DNA of 64,000 nucleotides from an uncultured Candidatus Peribacteria bacterium (GCA_964624175.1 CAZUWE010000003.1:33636-97635); one strand, 5' to 3'; shown: positions 52,005 through 61,675, numbered from the stretch's first letter. Notes: generated by a model not told the origin, from the sequence alone. Numbers and translations: made by a program.

Positions 52005-53249
52005 TTACACGCCCCACAAGTCCTGCGCGTGTGGATTTGCAAAGATATTGGTCGCTAGTACATCTTCGATATTTGCGGTTCCCGACACTTCCCAAAACCA
52101 CCCCTGGTGAATGGTTTGGTGGAGGCGCGCAGACTTAGCGGCACCGGCGCTGTCTTCTTTATCACGCACTAGGAAGTAGTGGCAGCCGTCGCGCTTTGCA
52201 AAAGTCTGGTCGTCGAGCACGGTGTCTACTTTTTCTTTGTTAAGATTGAGAAGTTCACCGGAGTTGATGAGAGACTGCGCGAGTGCAGCTTGATCTCCCG
52301 ACGTGTTTTCAATTTCGTAGTGCGTCCACTTGCGGATGTGCACATCTAGGCCACGGTGGCGGAGCGCATTTTCGATGGTTTGAGCTTCGTTGTCGGTGAT
52401 CTTGAGTTGCACATAAAGCTCAATGCTTTGAGGCTTGTGGACATAGTTTTCAACAGCTGGTTTGTTTTCGTTGAATTCAAGGGCAGGTTTTTCTCCTTCT
52501 ACGGCGCGGCCTTCTATATATTGACGCATGGAGCTGAAGATTTTTGGCATGGGCACCGCAGGTGCGCGCTCGGGGTGAGGCATGATAGCCATCACATTTC
52601 CGCGAGGGTTGCAGATGGCAGCGGCATTGTCCATCGCGCCATTGGGATTCACAGGGAAGTCTGAATTGAGTTCACCGGCTTTAGTGCAATAGCGGAACAC
52701 GATCTGATTGTTTTCACGAAGCTTTTCGAGAAGACCAGGTATTGAGGTGGTGAACCGTCCTTCCCCATGCGCCACCGGCACCTGTTCCACTTCCCCACCA
52801 TGGTAGTCCAAAGTGAAGGCACAGCGGCGTGGGGCATCACAACGAATGAAGACATTCTCGTTGTAGAATCCAACACCCAAGATTTCGCCATTTTTAACGC
52901 GTTTATTGCGTGCCAGTGACATGAGCAGTTCGTGATTCGGTCCGCCGGGAACGAGCCCGCTTTCCACTAAAATTTGAGCTCCATTACATATTCCAAGTAC
53001 AGGTTTTCCCTTATCCGCTTGTCGGCGAATTTCTTGCATGATGGGATCCATTGAGGCGATGAGTCCGCTGCGTCCACGGTCTTCGTATGAGAACCCACCA
53101 GGAATCACGAATCCATCGAAGGCGTCGAGGCCAGCCGGATCTTCATTCCAACGGAAAAAGTCAGCGTCCATACCCGCGTCCCACAGTGCACGACGAGTTT
53201 CATACTCAGAGTTGTTTCCCGGGAATTGGAGAACGGCTACGCGTGCCAT
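52005..53249 (-). CDS. purQ: FGAM synthase glutaminase subunit PurQ fused to two C-terminal PurS-like repeats
   Basis: The N-terminal ~235 aa have PurQ motifs (VLQFPGNN, GICNGAQIL with the catalytic Cys, AHGEGRF, MPHPER). The C-terminal ~170 aa contain two segments alignable by eye to PurS (IELYVQLKITDNEAQTIENALRHRG...LLNLNKEKV and YFLVRDKEDSAGAAK...VLATNIFANPHAQD). The ATG at 53249 is preferred over the TTG at 53252. Confidence 0.8.
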   Translation of the reverse strand: MARVAVLQFPGNNSEYETRRALWDAGMDADFFRWNEDPAGLDAFDGFVIPGGFSYEDRGRSGLIASMDPIMQEIRRQADKGKPVLGICNGAQILVESGLVPGGPNHELLMSLARNKRVKNGEILGVGFYNENVFIRCDAPRRCAFTLDYHGGEVEQVPVAHGEGRFTTSIPGLLEKLRENNQIVFRYCTKAGELNSDFPVNPNGAMDNAAAICNPRGNVMAIMPHPERAPAVPMPKIFSSMRQYIEGRAVEGEKPALEFNENKPAVENYVHKPQSIELYVQLKITDNEAQTIENALRHRGLDVHIRKWTHYEIENTSGDQAALAQSLINSGELLNLNKEKVDTVLDDQTFAKRDGCHYFLVRDKEDSAGAAKSARLHQTIHQGWFWEVSGTANIEDVLATNIFANPHAQDLWGV

Positions 53250-53608
53250 CAATTGAAAGTTATAGAGTTGAGAATGATCTGAATGTCGTGCGAGTCGAGA
53301 TCGGTTACCTCGAGGTAGAAAGTTTCACCTGCAGGGTCTGTCTTTTCAACAACATGCCCCAGTGTTTCTGGATCCGGCTCGTGATAGTGCATGAACACTT
53401 GGTCGTCGCTATCTAAATCTTCGAGTAAAAGTTGATCGGGCGAAGGAGTGGATGCATTCCAACAGTAAGGGAGCGCATAGTTCACTTCGTTCCATGTTGA
53501 ATTGGTGTACTCGGGGTAAGTACCATCGGGGCTGCAGTCGATCGCCTCGTCCATCGGAGCGCTTTGGCAGCCGAAGATCGTCAAAGCCAGTAAGAAGATT
53601 TTGTTCAT
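53249..53608 (-). CDS. Small acidic lipoprotein of unknown function
   Basis: 119 aa with signal peptide and lipobox LTIFGC. Its start overlaps the purL stop (ATGA) and its stop overlaps the purQ ATG by 1 nt. Confidence 0.55.
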   Translation of the reverse strand: MNKIFLLALTIFGCQSAPMDEAIDCSPDGTYPEYTNSTWNEVNYALPYCWNASTPSPDQLLLEDLDSDDQVFMHYHEPDPETLGHVVEKTDPAGETFYLEVTDLDSHDIQIILNSITFN

Positions 53609-55968
53609 GCTTTGAGTTTATTACGAAGTCCGTTGAGCCAAGTGTCGATGACTTGTTTGAGCGGCAAAGAAATGAGTGCTTGCTCGTTTTGAGTAACGAT
53701 GAAGACATCGGCCTGAGTGGTGGTTCCAAGGAGTCGTGGCTGCACATGATGAATGTCCGCAAGTTCTTCAAAGGCCTTGACTTGGTCTTCAGGAATTTCA
53801 ATGAGGAATCCTCCCGTTTCGCTGAATAGCAAGGTATCAGCGCGGCCTTCACCTGCAGATTTTAAATCGATGTTCACACCATACACGCCTTCTCCACGTC
53901 CACCGGCAGCCATTTCAGCCAGGGCTACTACGAGACCTCCATCAGAAATGTCGTGGGCAGCGGTCGCGTACCCAAGGTCCACGGCGGCCACCATAAACAA
54001 AAGTTCTTTGCGAACTTCTGCAAAATCAGGGCTGGGTACATTCGCTCCCAAGTGTCCAAGCTGTCTATAGTACTCGCTTCCCCCGAGCTCGTTTTTGCGT
54101 TCTCCAATGAGGTAAATGCGTGAGCCCACAGCCTTGAACTGCATGGTGATGGCTTTCTTGGTATCTTCAATCCGTCCGAGCGTTCCGATCACGGGTGATG
54201 GCGCAACACTTCCATTTTTTGAATGGTTGTACAAGGACACGTTTCCAGAGACCACGGGAACTGGCTCGCCAGGATACGTGAGATGACCCACACCTTCGAG
54301 CGCTTCCTTAATTCCACGGATGCTTTCCACGAGTTCCCACATTTGCGCAGGGTCTTCGGGATTTCCAAAGTTGAGACAGTCGGTCACGGCCCAAGGCGTT
54401 GCTCCAATCGCGGCTACGTTTCGCATTCCCTCCACCACTGCATTCACACCGGCGAGGTAAGGAGAGATTTTTCCGTAGCGAGGGTTGGAGTCCACGCTGA
54501 GTGCGGCTCCTACTGAGTGAATTTCTGGAGCTTCATCACGGTTGCGGAAAGGCTGCAAGAGCCCGGCGTCCGCCATTCCTGGTTCAAACACGGTTTGTCC
54601 TTGCACCACTTTGTCGTAGTTTTCAAAAATAGGAAGGCGGCTGGCGATGTTTTCGCTGCCGAGTACTTTGAGGAAAATCTCTGGCAGATTTGGCATCTCA
54701 AACACAGGTTCTTCAAAATGGCGATCAGGTGCTGAGTAGGGTCGATTGTACTGCACTCCTTCGGTCACTTGAGAAGAGGGCGCGTCCACTAAAATTTCGT
54801 CGCCGTAGCGCACCACATAATTCCCTTTTTTCACTTTTCCAACCAGGCTGGCACGTGCACCGGTAGATACATTGGGAAGATCCCACTCTTTGTTGTAGTG
54901 ATCTAGGATGTCTTGCGTGAGCAGTGGATCACAAATCCAACACATGCGTTCTTGAGTCTCGGCGCAGGCAATCACAGGAGGAGGCAGCCCGTCCATTGCG
55001 GTGTGCACTTTGGAAAGATCAATTTCAGCTCCCAGGCCAGCGGGTTCCACTTGTTCCACCGTTGCGCATACATTTCCTCCCGCTCCCATGTCTTTAAAAC
55101 TCACAAGGCCAAGTTCACCATTTTCGCTGAGTTTCTTAAATAAATTGTAAGTTGCTTCGGCAAGGTGGCGTTCCAAAAAGGGATTAGGTTCTTGCACGGC
55201 TCCTTTATTAGCTTCTTTGTCTTCTTCCTTCAGTTCAAGTGAGGCAAATGCAGCTCCTCCCATTCCGGATTGATCGGTGGGTTTTCCAACAATGATGATA
55301 TCCCAACCTTCCGCATCTTCCGGCACAAACGAGTGGATGATTTCGTCCTCGCGGATGGACCCCAAACACACCACGTTCACCAAACAATTGTCATTGAAAG
55401 ATTCGTCGAAGTAAGTGTCTCCAGCGAGGTTGGGCACTCCGAGAGGGTTCGCGTATCCGGCAATTCCACTCACCACTCCGGCCTCAATTTGGCGGCTGAG
55501 CGTGCGGTCGATTTGTCCAAAACGCAGCGGATCGGCAACGGCCACTGCGCGTCCTCCCATCACAATAATGTCGCGCACCATTCCTCCAATTCCGGTTGCG
55601 GCTCCTTCAAAAGGTACCACTTGCGAAGGGTGGTTATGAGATTCGTGTCCCATGATCACACCGTAGCTGTTTCCCGCACTATCCAATGCAAAGTGCACAA
55701 TTCCGGCATCCTCCCCAACCCCGAGCATCACATTGGACGCTTCAATAGGCAGTGTACGGAGGTGGCGTTTGCTTGACCGGTACGAGCAGTGCTCGCTTCC
55801 TTGAATTCCCCAAATGATCGCCTCCGTGATGGTGGGCGGCCGCTTCAAAATCTCTTGAACCTTGCGCGCTTCTTCCGACGTGAGGCCAATTTTGTTTTCG
55901 GAAAGCACGCGCGAAATTTCTTCGTCCGTCATCGCGGCAAAGTCGAGAGTATTGGTGAGGGAAGCCAT
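53605..55968 (-). CDS. purL: FGAM synthase II (small-type PurL)
   Basis: 787 aa with duplicated PurM-like domains. Motifs include ...SEHCSYRSSK..., ...MGHESHNHPS... and ...DCLNFGNPEDP.... Confidence 0.9.
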   Translation of the reverse strand: MASLTNTLDFAAMTDEEISRVLSENKIGLTSEEARKVQEILKRPPTITEAIIWGIQGSEHCSYRSSKRHLRTLPIEASNVMLGVGEDAGIVHFALDSAGNSYGVIMGHESHNHPSQVVPFEGAATGIGGMVRDIIVMGGRAVAVADPLRFGQIDRTLSRQIEAGVVSGIAGYANPLGVPNLAGDTYFDESFNDNCLVNVVCLGSIREDEIIHSFVPEDAEGWDIIIVGKPTDQSGMGGAAFASLELKEEDKEANKGAVQEPNPFLERHLAEATYNLFKKLSENGELGLVSFKDMGAGGNVCATVEQVEPAGLGAEIDLSKVHTAMDGLPPPVIACAETQERMCWICDPLLTQDILDHYNKEWDLPNVSTGARASLVGKVKKGNYVVRYGDEILVDAPSSQVTEGVQYNRPYSAPDRHFEEPVFEMPNLPEIFLKVLGSENIASRLPIFENYDKVVQGQTVFEPGMADAGLLQPFRNRDEAPEIHSVGAALSVDSNPRYGKISPYLAGVNAVVEGMRNVAAIGATPWAVTDCLNFGNPEDPAQMWELVESIRGIKEALEGVGHLTYPGEPVPVVSGNVSLYNHSKNGSVAPSPVIGTLGRIEDTKKAITMQFKAVGSRIYLIGERKNELGGSEYYRQLGHLGANVPSPDFAEVRKELLFMVAAVDLGYATAAHDISDGGLVVALAEMAAGGRGEGVYGVNIDLKSAGEGRADTLLFSETGGFLIEIPEDQVKAFEELADIHHVQPRLLGTTTQADVFIVTQNEQALISLPLKQVIDTWLNGLRNKLKA

Positions 55969-56007
55969 AACACCTGCAATATAAGGTGGCGGGCGGCTTT
56001 TGTAAAG

Positions 56008-56661
56008 CTAGCTTTCCACCACGTGCCCATCCTCCACATGGATCTGACGCTTTTTGAAAAATTCAACCAGGCTTAGGTTGTGCGTGGCAAAAATCACCGT
56101 CGCACCTTCCACGTGCAGCTTTTGAAACAGGTGCACGATTTCCATCGCCGTCTTGGGGTCCAGATTTCCGGTTGGCTCATCTGCAATAATCAGGCGAGGC
56201 TCATGAATGAGCGCACGAGCAATGGCGGCACGCTGTTTTTCTCCTCCGGAAAGCATGTAAGGGAAGTGGTGGCGAGCTTGTGAGAGTCCCACACGCTCGA
56301 GTACTTCCGGTACTTTTTCGGACACTTGGCGGTCACTGTAGCCACACACCTCCATCGCAAAGGCCACGTTTTCGTATACGGTTTTTTTAGGCAGCAATTT
56401 GTAGTCTTGGAACACGATTCCTAGCTTGCGCCGGTATTCCTGCAAAGCCAGACGGTTGAATTTGGTTACATCATAGCCATCCACAAAAATTTCTCCGTTG
56501 CTGAGCGGGATGGCGCCAATCAACGCATGGATGAGCGTCGTTTTACCTGCTCCCGAAACTCCGGTTAGCCAGAGCCAGTCCCCTCCTTGAATTTGAAGGT
56601 TCACGTTGTCGAGAACAAGTCGATCTCCGTACTTTTTGGTGGCGTTTTTAAACTCGATCAT
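56008..56661 (-). CDS. ftsE: Cell-division ABC ATPase FtsE
   Basis: 217 aa starting MIEFKNATKKYG, with Walker A GVSGAGKTT, signature LSGGEKQR and Walker B LIIADEPTGNLD. No ftsX is adjacent. Confidence 0.8.
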   Translation of the reverse strand: MIEFKNATKKYGDRLVLDNVNLQIQGGDWLWLTGVSGAGKTTLIHALIGAIPLSNGEIFVDGYDVTKFNRLALQEYRRKLGIVFQDYKLLPKKTVYENVAFAMEVCGYSDRQVSEKVPEVLERVGLSQARHHFPYMLSGGEKQRAAIARALIHEPRLIIADEPTGNLDPKTAMEIVHLFQKLHVEGATVIFATHNLSLVEFFKKRQIHVEDGHVVES

Positions 56662-56695
56662 TGGTGGAGTGGAGCTCTACGAGTATACTCATGGC

Positions 56696-57643
56696 ATGCC
56701 AGAACTTACAAGCCTCCAACGCCTAATCACCCGCTTTCTGGAACACCTTGAGATCGGGAAAAATAAGTCTCAAAAGACGGTGGAAAATTACCACCACTAC
56801 CTGCAGCGCTTTGCAGAGTTTTATGGCGAGCGCGAGATGGGCGACTTGAGCTTAAATGATGTGCACTCATATCAGTTGCACTTGAATCGGTACGTGGATA
56901 AGCGCGAGCGCAGCCTGAGCGTGAAGACGCAAAATTATCACCTCATTGCCCTGCGTGCGTTTTTGAAATATTTGGTGCGCGAGGATATTGAGAGTTTGCC
57001 TCCGGAGAAAATTGATTTGAAAAAAATTCCGGAACGTATTGTGGATTTTTTGACGCGCGAAGAAGTGGAACGACTCTTTGATGCGGTGACGGTGGGGCAT
57101 GAGTCGGGTGGCGAGCTGCAGGATAAAATTGCCGCACGTGATCGAGCGATGTTGGAAACACTGTACTCCACAGGTTTGCGTGTTTCGGAGCTTGTGAGCC
57201 TGAACCGCAGTCAAGTGGACTTGGAGCGACGCGAGTTCACAGTTCGTGGAAAGGGACGCAAGCCGCGCATTGTATTTTTGTCGCAACGCTGCGTGGACTT
57301 TTTGCGAGCCTATTTGGAAAAACGTGCGGACAACTGGGAACCGCTGTTTATTAGTTTCAGCCGAAACCGTGAAGATGAAAATTTGAGCCTGGGGGAGAAG
57401 CGTCGACTCACGGCGTACACAGTGGAAGAGGTGGTGCGGCGTGCTTCAAAGCTGGCCGGGCTCGGAAAAAAAGTGACTCCGCATGTGCTACGTCATTCCT
57501 TTGCAACCGAGCTGCTCCACAATGGCGCAGACATTCGCAGCGTACAGGAAATGCTGGGACACTCTTCCATCACGACCACACAAATCTACACCCACTCCAC
57601 CAACGAGCGGCTCAGGGAAGTGCATGAGAAGTTTCATCGCTGA
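56696..57643 (+). CDS. xerC: Tyrosine recombinase XerC/XerD family
   Basis: The SAM-like N-domain is followed by a catalytic domain with R (..TGLRVSEL..), HVLRHSFAT and LGHSSITTTQIYTH. The ATG at 56696 is preferred because the ORF-track start at 56606 overlaps ftsE. A TATACT box lies 6 nt upstream. Confidence 0.85.
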   Translation: MPELTSLQRLITRFLEHLEIGKNKSQKTVENYHHYLQRFAEFYGEREMGDLSLNDVHSYQLHLNRYVDKRERSLSVKTQNYHLIALRAFLKYLVREDIESLPPEKIDLKKIPERIVDFLTREEVERLFDAVTVGHESGGELQDKIAARDRAMLETLYSTGLRVSELVSLNRSQVDLERREFTVRGKGRKPRIVFLSQRCVDFLRAYLEKRADNWEPLFISFSRNREDENLSLGEKRRLTAYTVEEVVRRASKLAGLGKKVTPHVLRHSFATELLHNGADIRSVQEMLGHSSITTTQIYTHSTNERLREVHEKFHR

Positions 57644-58248
57644 TCCTGCCAATTTAAACGGAGAACTCTAAGAAGATTCTCTTCGCCAAAAGGGTCAGCA
57701 CGGTCGAGCATTTTGACGGTTCGTGTATCTCCAGAGGCTTTAGCGAGGGACTGGGCAAGTCGATCATGCACACCAAGGTCACTGGTTCGGCCAAGCACTC
57801 CACGCAGTGTTTCTAGACTATGCAAAGCAGGCTTAAAGTGCCTTTGATGAGGACGAATGCGAACCGGGGTCACCCCACTCAATAGTTGGCCGATTTGACG
57901 GCGGGTGTCTAGGCACAGCTGCATATCTTCACGTGCAATGTCTTGATCCAGTTGCGCCATTTCACCTGTTTTCTTCAGAGCTTCTTCCAACTCTGCACTC
58001 GCTTGAGCTTCCGGCAACAGAATTCCAGCCCTCAATAAAGAGAGTTCATGGACTCGATGACAAACGGTAGCAAGATCTGGAAAACCATAAGGTGAGCTCG
58101 TGAGCAATTCAAGAATTCCATTTGTTTTTGAGGCAAATTCGGCTGGGGTAGTAAGACCACGGAGTGGTTTTGAAGCAGCTGACCGCTCCTTCGCTTCGTG
58201 AGCCTGAGCATCCTCCACTGCTTTCCAAAAATTGGGACGCTCGCTCAT
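57634..58248 (-). CDS. Hypothetical protein
   Basis: 204-aa ORF, predicted helical, with no motif recognised. It overlaps the xerC 3' end by 10 nt. Confidence 0.4.
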   Translation of the reverse strand: MSERPNFWKAVEDAQAHEAKERSAASKPLRGLTTPAEFASKTNGILELLTSSPYGFPDLATVCHRVHELSLLRAGILLPEAQASAELEEALKKTGEMAQLDQDIAREDMQLCLDTRRQIGQLLSGVTPVRIRPHQRHFKPALHSLETLRGVLGRTSDLGVHDRLAQSLAKASGDTRTVKMLDRADPFGEENLLRVLRLNWQDQR

Positions 58249-58312
58249 ACAAATGGCTAAGTCACTTATTTTAACATTCTTTCACATAGCGTCTACTCGT
58301 TTTAGACATTTC

Positions 58313-58330
58313 GGTGAGCGTATACTCACC
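58313..58330. promoter_or_regulatory. Dyad GGTGAG-CGTATA-CTCACC enclosing a TATACT -10-like box
   Basis: It has the same 6-bp arms and 6-bp spacer length as the recA palindrome. It lies between the divergent genes 57634..58248 (-) and 58384..59358 (+). Confidence 0.5.
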
Positions 58331-58383
58331 TTCCGTGCTATGGTTTGTGCACTCGCTGCCATGTGGGAACTTAACCCACTACT

Positions 58384-59358
58384 ATGGAAATTCAAGAACT
58401 GTCCGATAAAGATTTATACGCTCGTTGCCAAGAGTACGGCACCCATGCGCGGGTGTGGCGGCGACGCTTTGCAGGTTTACTGCCAGAGGTTTTGCGGCGG
58501 GAACTATATAGACGCCGCGGCTACGCCTCCATTTACGAATTCGCATTTAAGCTTGCGGGAATGAGTACATCGAGCGTGGACAAAGTTTTACACCTCGCCG
58601 AAAAACTAGAAGACAAACCGGTGCTGCGCGAGCAGCTGGTGAGCGGCGAACAGGGGTGGTCTAAAATTGAGAAGGTTGCCTTTATTGCTACACCTGAAAC
58701 GGACAAAGTGTGGGCGGAGCGGGTGGAGAAGATGAGCGTTCATGCACTTGAGGCGTTTGTGCAGGTTGAACGTAGCGCAGATTCTACTCACGTGAGTAAG
58801 GAAGACAATAAATTCCGCCCGCAGCAATGGGGGCAAATGAACTTTCCTGTTTCTCCTGAAATCGAAAAACAGCTACGGCTGATGAAGTATCGACTCGAAC
58901 AAGAAAAAGGCATTACACTTACCTACAACGAAGTGATGGAAATTTTGATGAAAGGCAACAGTACAGAAAATGCTAAAGTAGTCGTTCAAGTTTGTCCTGA
59001 GTGCGCAGCACGCCGTGCGGAGACAGCAAGTGGGCGCGCGATTCCGGCGTTGGTGAGACGGCTTGTACTGGCGCAGTACCAAGGACTCTGCGGATTTCCG
59101 AAATGCGCGCGGCCGGGGGCTTCTTTGCATCACACTCGTAGATTTTCCCTCAATCAAAGCCACGATCCGCGTTACATCGTGCCGCTCTGTAAATCCCATG
59201 AACGTCTAGTCCACAGCGGATTCATAGAAAATGAGGAAGACCCACCCAAGAATTGGCGCATACTACAGAAGCCGGATTCTCAGCATTCAAAATTTATCAT
59301 CGATCAAAAGGTGCAATCACACCGTAAAGAGTCTATAATTCCAATGTCCCCACCATGA
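58384..59358 (+). CDS. DUF222-type HNH endonuclease
   Basis: 324 aa with an N-terminal DUF222-like helical region. The C-terminal HNH motif reads ...C.FPKCARPGASLHHTRRFSLNQSHDPRYIVPLCKSHERLVH. Confidence 0.75.
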   Translation: MEIQELSDKDLYARCQEYGTHARVWRRRFAGLLPEVLRRELYRRRGYASIYEFAFKLAGMSTSSVDKVLHLAEKLEDKPVLREQLVSGEQGWSKIEKVAFIATPETDKVWAERVEKMSVHALEAFVQVERSADSTHVSKEDNKFRPQQWGQMNFPVSPEIEKQLRLMKYRLEQEKGITLTYNEVMEILMKGNSTENAKVVVQVCPECAARRAETASGRAIPALVRRLVLAQYQGLCGFPKCARPGASLHHTRRFSLNQSHDPRYIVPLCKSHERLVHSGFIENEEDPPKNWRILQKPDSQHSKFIIDQKVQSHRKESIIPMSPP

Positions 59359-60482
59359 TCTACACAACCCTTCAACTAGCGGAAAATGAGGTCAATATGC
59401 TTAGACCCTACGCGGTTCTTAGCAAAAATAGTCGAGGTCGAAAAGTGCCAGAGACTATGGACCCCCAACGGCTTCCCTTCCAGAAGGATCGGGACCGGAT
59501 TATTCACTGTCGCGCTTTTCGGCGACTTAAAGAAAAAACACAGGTTTTTGTACCACATTACGGCGATCACTACCGAAACCGCCTCAGTCATAGTCTGGAG
59601 GTGTCGCAAGTATCGCGGGACTTGGCGCGTACGCTCGGCCTGAATGAGGACCTGGCGGAGTCGATTGCGCTCGCGCACGACCTAGGGCACACACCGTTTG
59701 GCCATGCTGGCGAGCACGCGCTGCACGAGTGCATGCAGGAGTATGGGCTCAGCTTTGAGCACAACGACCAAAGCCGTCGTATTGTGGAGGATCTTGAAGA
59801 AGTGTATCCAAATTATCGCGGACTAAATCTTAGCATTGAAGTGATCGAGGGTCTTATGAAGCATCAAACTTCTTGGGACAATCCAACGGGTGCAGAGGCT
59901 ATCCGTCCCTCGCTCGAGGCGCAAATTGTAAACATGGGGGATGAAATTGCGTACCAAAATCACGATGTGGATGACGGGCTGCGTAGTGGACTTTTTTCGG
60001 AGGGAGATCTGGAAGATTTGGAGCTGTGGCAATGGGCGAAAGAAGCATCCGATAAAGCGGATGGAGAAATTAGCGATGAAAAAATTCGTATAGCCCGGAT
60101 CGTGAGTAAAATGATCAGTTTGATGATTTGGGATATCGCTGAAGAAACGAGCCGCCTTCTGCAGCTATACAAAATTCAAAACATCAATGACGTGTATGCA
60201 TGTAAAGAGAAGCTGGTTGGTTTTTCAGCACAAATGCAAGCGGCTAATAAAGAACTTAAGGACTTTCTAACCGCTCGACTCTACTTTCACCCTGAAGTGG
60301 TGCAAGCTTCGGAACATGGTAAAAAAATTATCCGAAAATTGTTCCATCACTACATGAAAGAATGGAAATTGGCACATCCGGATAAGTCTCTCCAAGAAGG
60401 CGCTTTGCAAATCAAGGATTACCTTGCTGGGATGACGGATCGTTTTGCTGAGCTCCAAGCCCAGGAACTCGAGGGATTTTAG
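59355..60482 (+). CDS. dgt: dGTP triphosphohydrolase-like HD-domain protein
   Basis: 375 aa with the motifs RLSHSLEVSQV, AHDLGHTPFGH and the C-terminal ...DYLAGMTDRFA. Its start forms an ATGA overlap with the upstream stop. Confidence 0.85.
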   Translation: MIYTTLQLAENEVNMLRPYAVLSKNSRGRKVPETMDPQRLPFQKDRDRIIHCRAFRRLKEKTQVFVPHYGDHYRNRLSHSLEVSQVSRDLARTLGLNEDLAESIALAHDLGHTPFGHAGEHALHECMQEYGLSFEHNDQSRRIVEDLEEVYPNYRGLNLSIEVIEGLMKHQTSWDNPTGAEAIRPSLEAQIVNMGDEIAYQNHDVDDGLRSGLFSEGDLEDLELWQWAKEASDKADGEISDEKIRIARIVSKMISLMIWDIAEETSRLLQLYKIQNINDVYACKEKLVGFSAQMQAANKELKDFLTARLYFHPEVVQASEHGKKIIRKLFHHYMKEWKLAHPDKSLQEGALQIKDYLAGMTDRFAELQAQELEGF

Positions 60483-61659
60483 GCCGCTCAGTCGCTGGCA
60501 CAGGTGCTGCAGTGGGCTTAAGTGTTACGGCTTGTTTTTCTTTGAGCATTTCCATCAGCACTTTTTGTTTCACAAGAGTACGGAGGCTTTCGTCATTGAT
60601 AGGTTTATCTTCAGACTGAAACAACGAGGTGAAAGAATTTTCGAGGTCATCAAGCTTTTGCTTATCCATGGCCTTGGCCTGGAAAAGTTGCACGATTTTA
60701 TTATCGGGATCACGGAGGAGAAGACGCTGACAGATGTCGATCACATCTTTGTAGCGGCCTTCTTTGGTCCACATGCCCAGCAGCTCCAGCACGGTGTCCA
60801 CATCTCGCTTGGCCATGGAGCCCGTTTGCCCGCTTGAGGCAAACACAATGGCGCCCGCTTTGTGGGCCAGCAGGTACATGAGGTAAAGCAGTCCACACGC
60901 AACAATAATCACCACGGGGAAGAACGAGTTGAATTGAAGGAAAGAATTGAATGCCGCGTGTATACCCATGGCGATGATCAGGCCCTTCAGCAGCATGAGC
61001 TCTGAAAATGCTTTGGCCTCATTCACTCCAAGGATTTTAGAGAGAATGCGTACACCAAAGGACCGTTCTCCCATCCAAAGCCGTGTTTCCATGATGGGCT
61101 GCGCGAATTTAGAAATTCCGTAAAAGTATCCGTAGATTCCTGAGAACACCATGTGGGCGCACACGGTGAATAGGGAGCGGAAAATCATCACGGGGAGCAG
61201 TTCCGCCACTCCACCCTCTTGCAGGGCTGTCATAAAGTAGAAGATGTTTTCAGTGAACGCGAATCCGAGACCAGCGAGGATGGAGTATTTAACCGCATCG
61301 TTGATGGTCTGTATCCCGATGCGTGTGTGGTTGATGATACGCACCACTCCGCTCTTAGTCAGCTCTTCTAAAATTCCCACTACCACGAGCGAAAGCACCG
61401 CAGCAACGTGCACCTCGCCAATATTGTTATCGATGGCGTTGTACACATTGAGCTGTGGAAACTGCACCCACAAGTAGTCGTAAATCAAAATGAGCGGAAT
61501 CACGGTGAGCGTACCCATAAAGAAGGCAAGCAGCAGTGGCCAACGAGAGGTTTTTCTTCCTTTAAACAGGATCACTGACCAAATCACAGCAGGAATGGCT
61601 GCGAGTAGTGTCATGATTCCAAACTGAATCCAGTCGTCTTGTGTAAAGCCTTCGAACAT
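60412..61659 (-). CDS. prsW: PrsW-family intramembrane metalloprotease with a C-terminal soluble (TPR-like) extension
   Basis: It has multiple TM helices, the EELTK motif (GILEELTKSG) and the HAAFN motif. The ATG at 61659 (MFEGFTQDD) is preferred because the ORF-track start at 61779 is antisense to nrdR. The 3' end overlaps dgt by 71 nt (convergent). Confidence 0.7.
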   Translation of the reverse strand: MFEGFTQDDWIQFGIMTLLAAIPAVIWSVILFKGRKTSRWPLLLAFFMGTLTVIPLILIYDYLWVQFPQLNVYNAIDNNIGEVHVAAVLSLVVVGILEELTKSGVVRIINHTRIGIQTINDAVKYSILAGLGFAFTENIFYFMTALQEGGVAELLPVMIFRSLFTVCAHMVFSGIYGYFYGISKFAQPIMETRLWMGERSFGVRILSKILGVNEAKAFSELMLLKGLIIAMGIHAAFNSFLQFNSFFPVVIIVACGLLYLMYLLAHKAGAIVFASSGQTGSMAKRDVDTVLELLGMWTKEGRYKDVIDICQRLLLRDPDNKIVQLFQAKAMDKQKLDDLENSFTSLFQSEDKPINDESLRTLVKQKVLMEMLKEKQAVTLKPTAAPVPATERPKIPRVPGLGAQQNDPSSQQGNP

Positions 61660-61675
61660 GTCACTATTTAACCCG

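Noticed and set aside
56008-56661. ftsE without an adjacent ftsX might be an anomaly.
   Set aside because: The partner may be encoded elsewhere, and a single-window view cannot establish its absence.
56696-59358. xerC plus the hypothetical gene plus the HNH endonuclease might form a mobile element.
   Set aside because: I could see no flanking direct or inverted repeats. The recombinase has the Xer-type motif set, and DUF222 HNH genes are often solitary. The evidence is insufficient.
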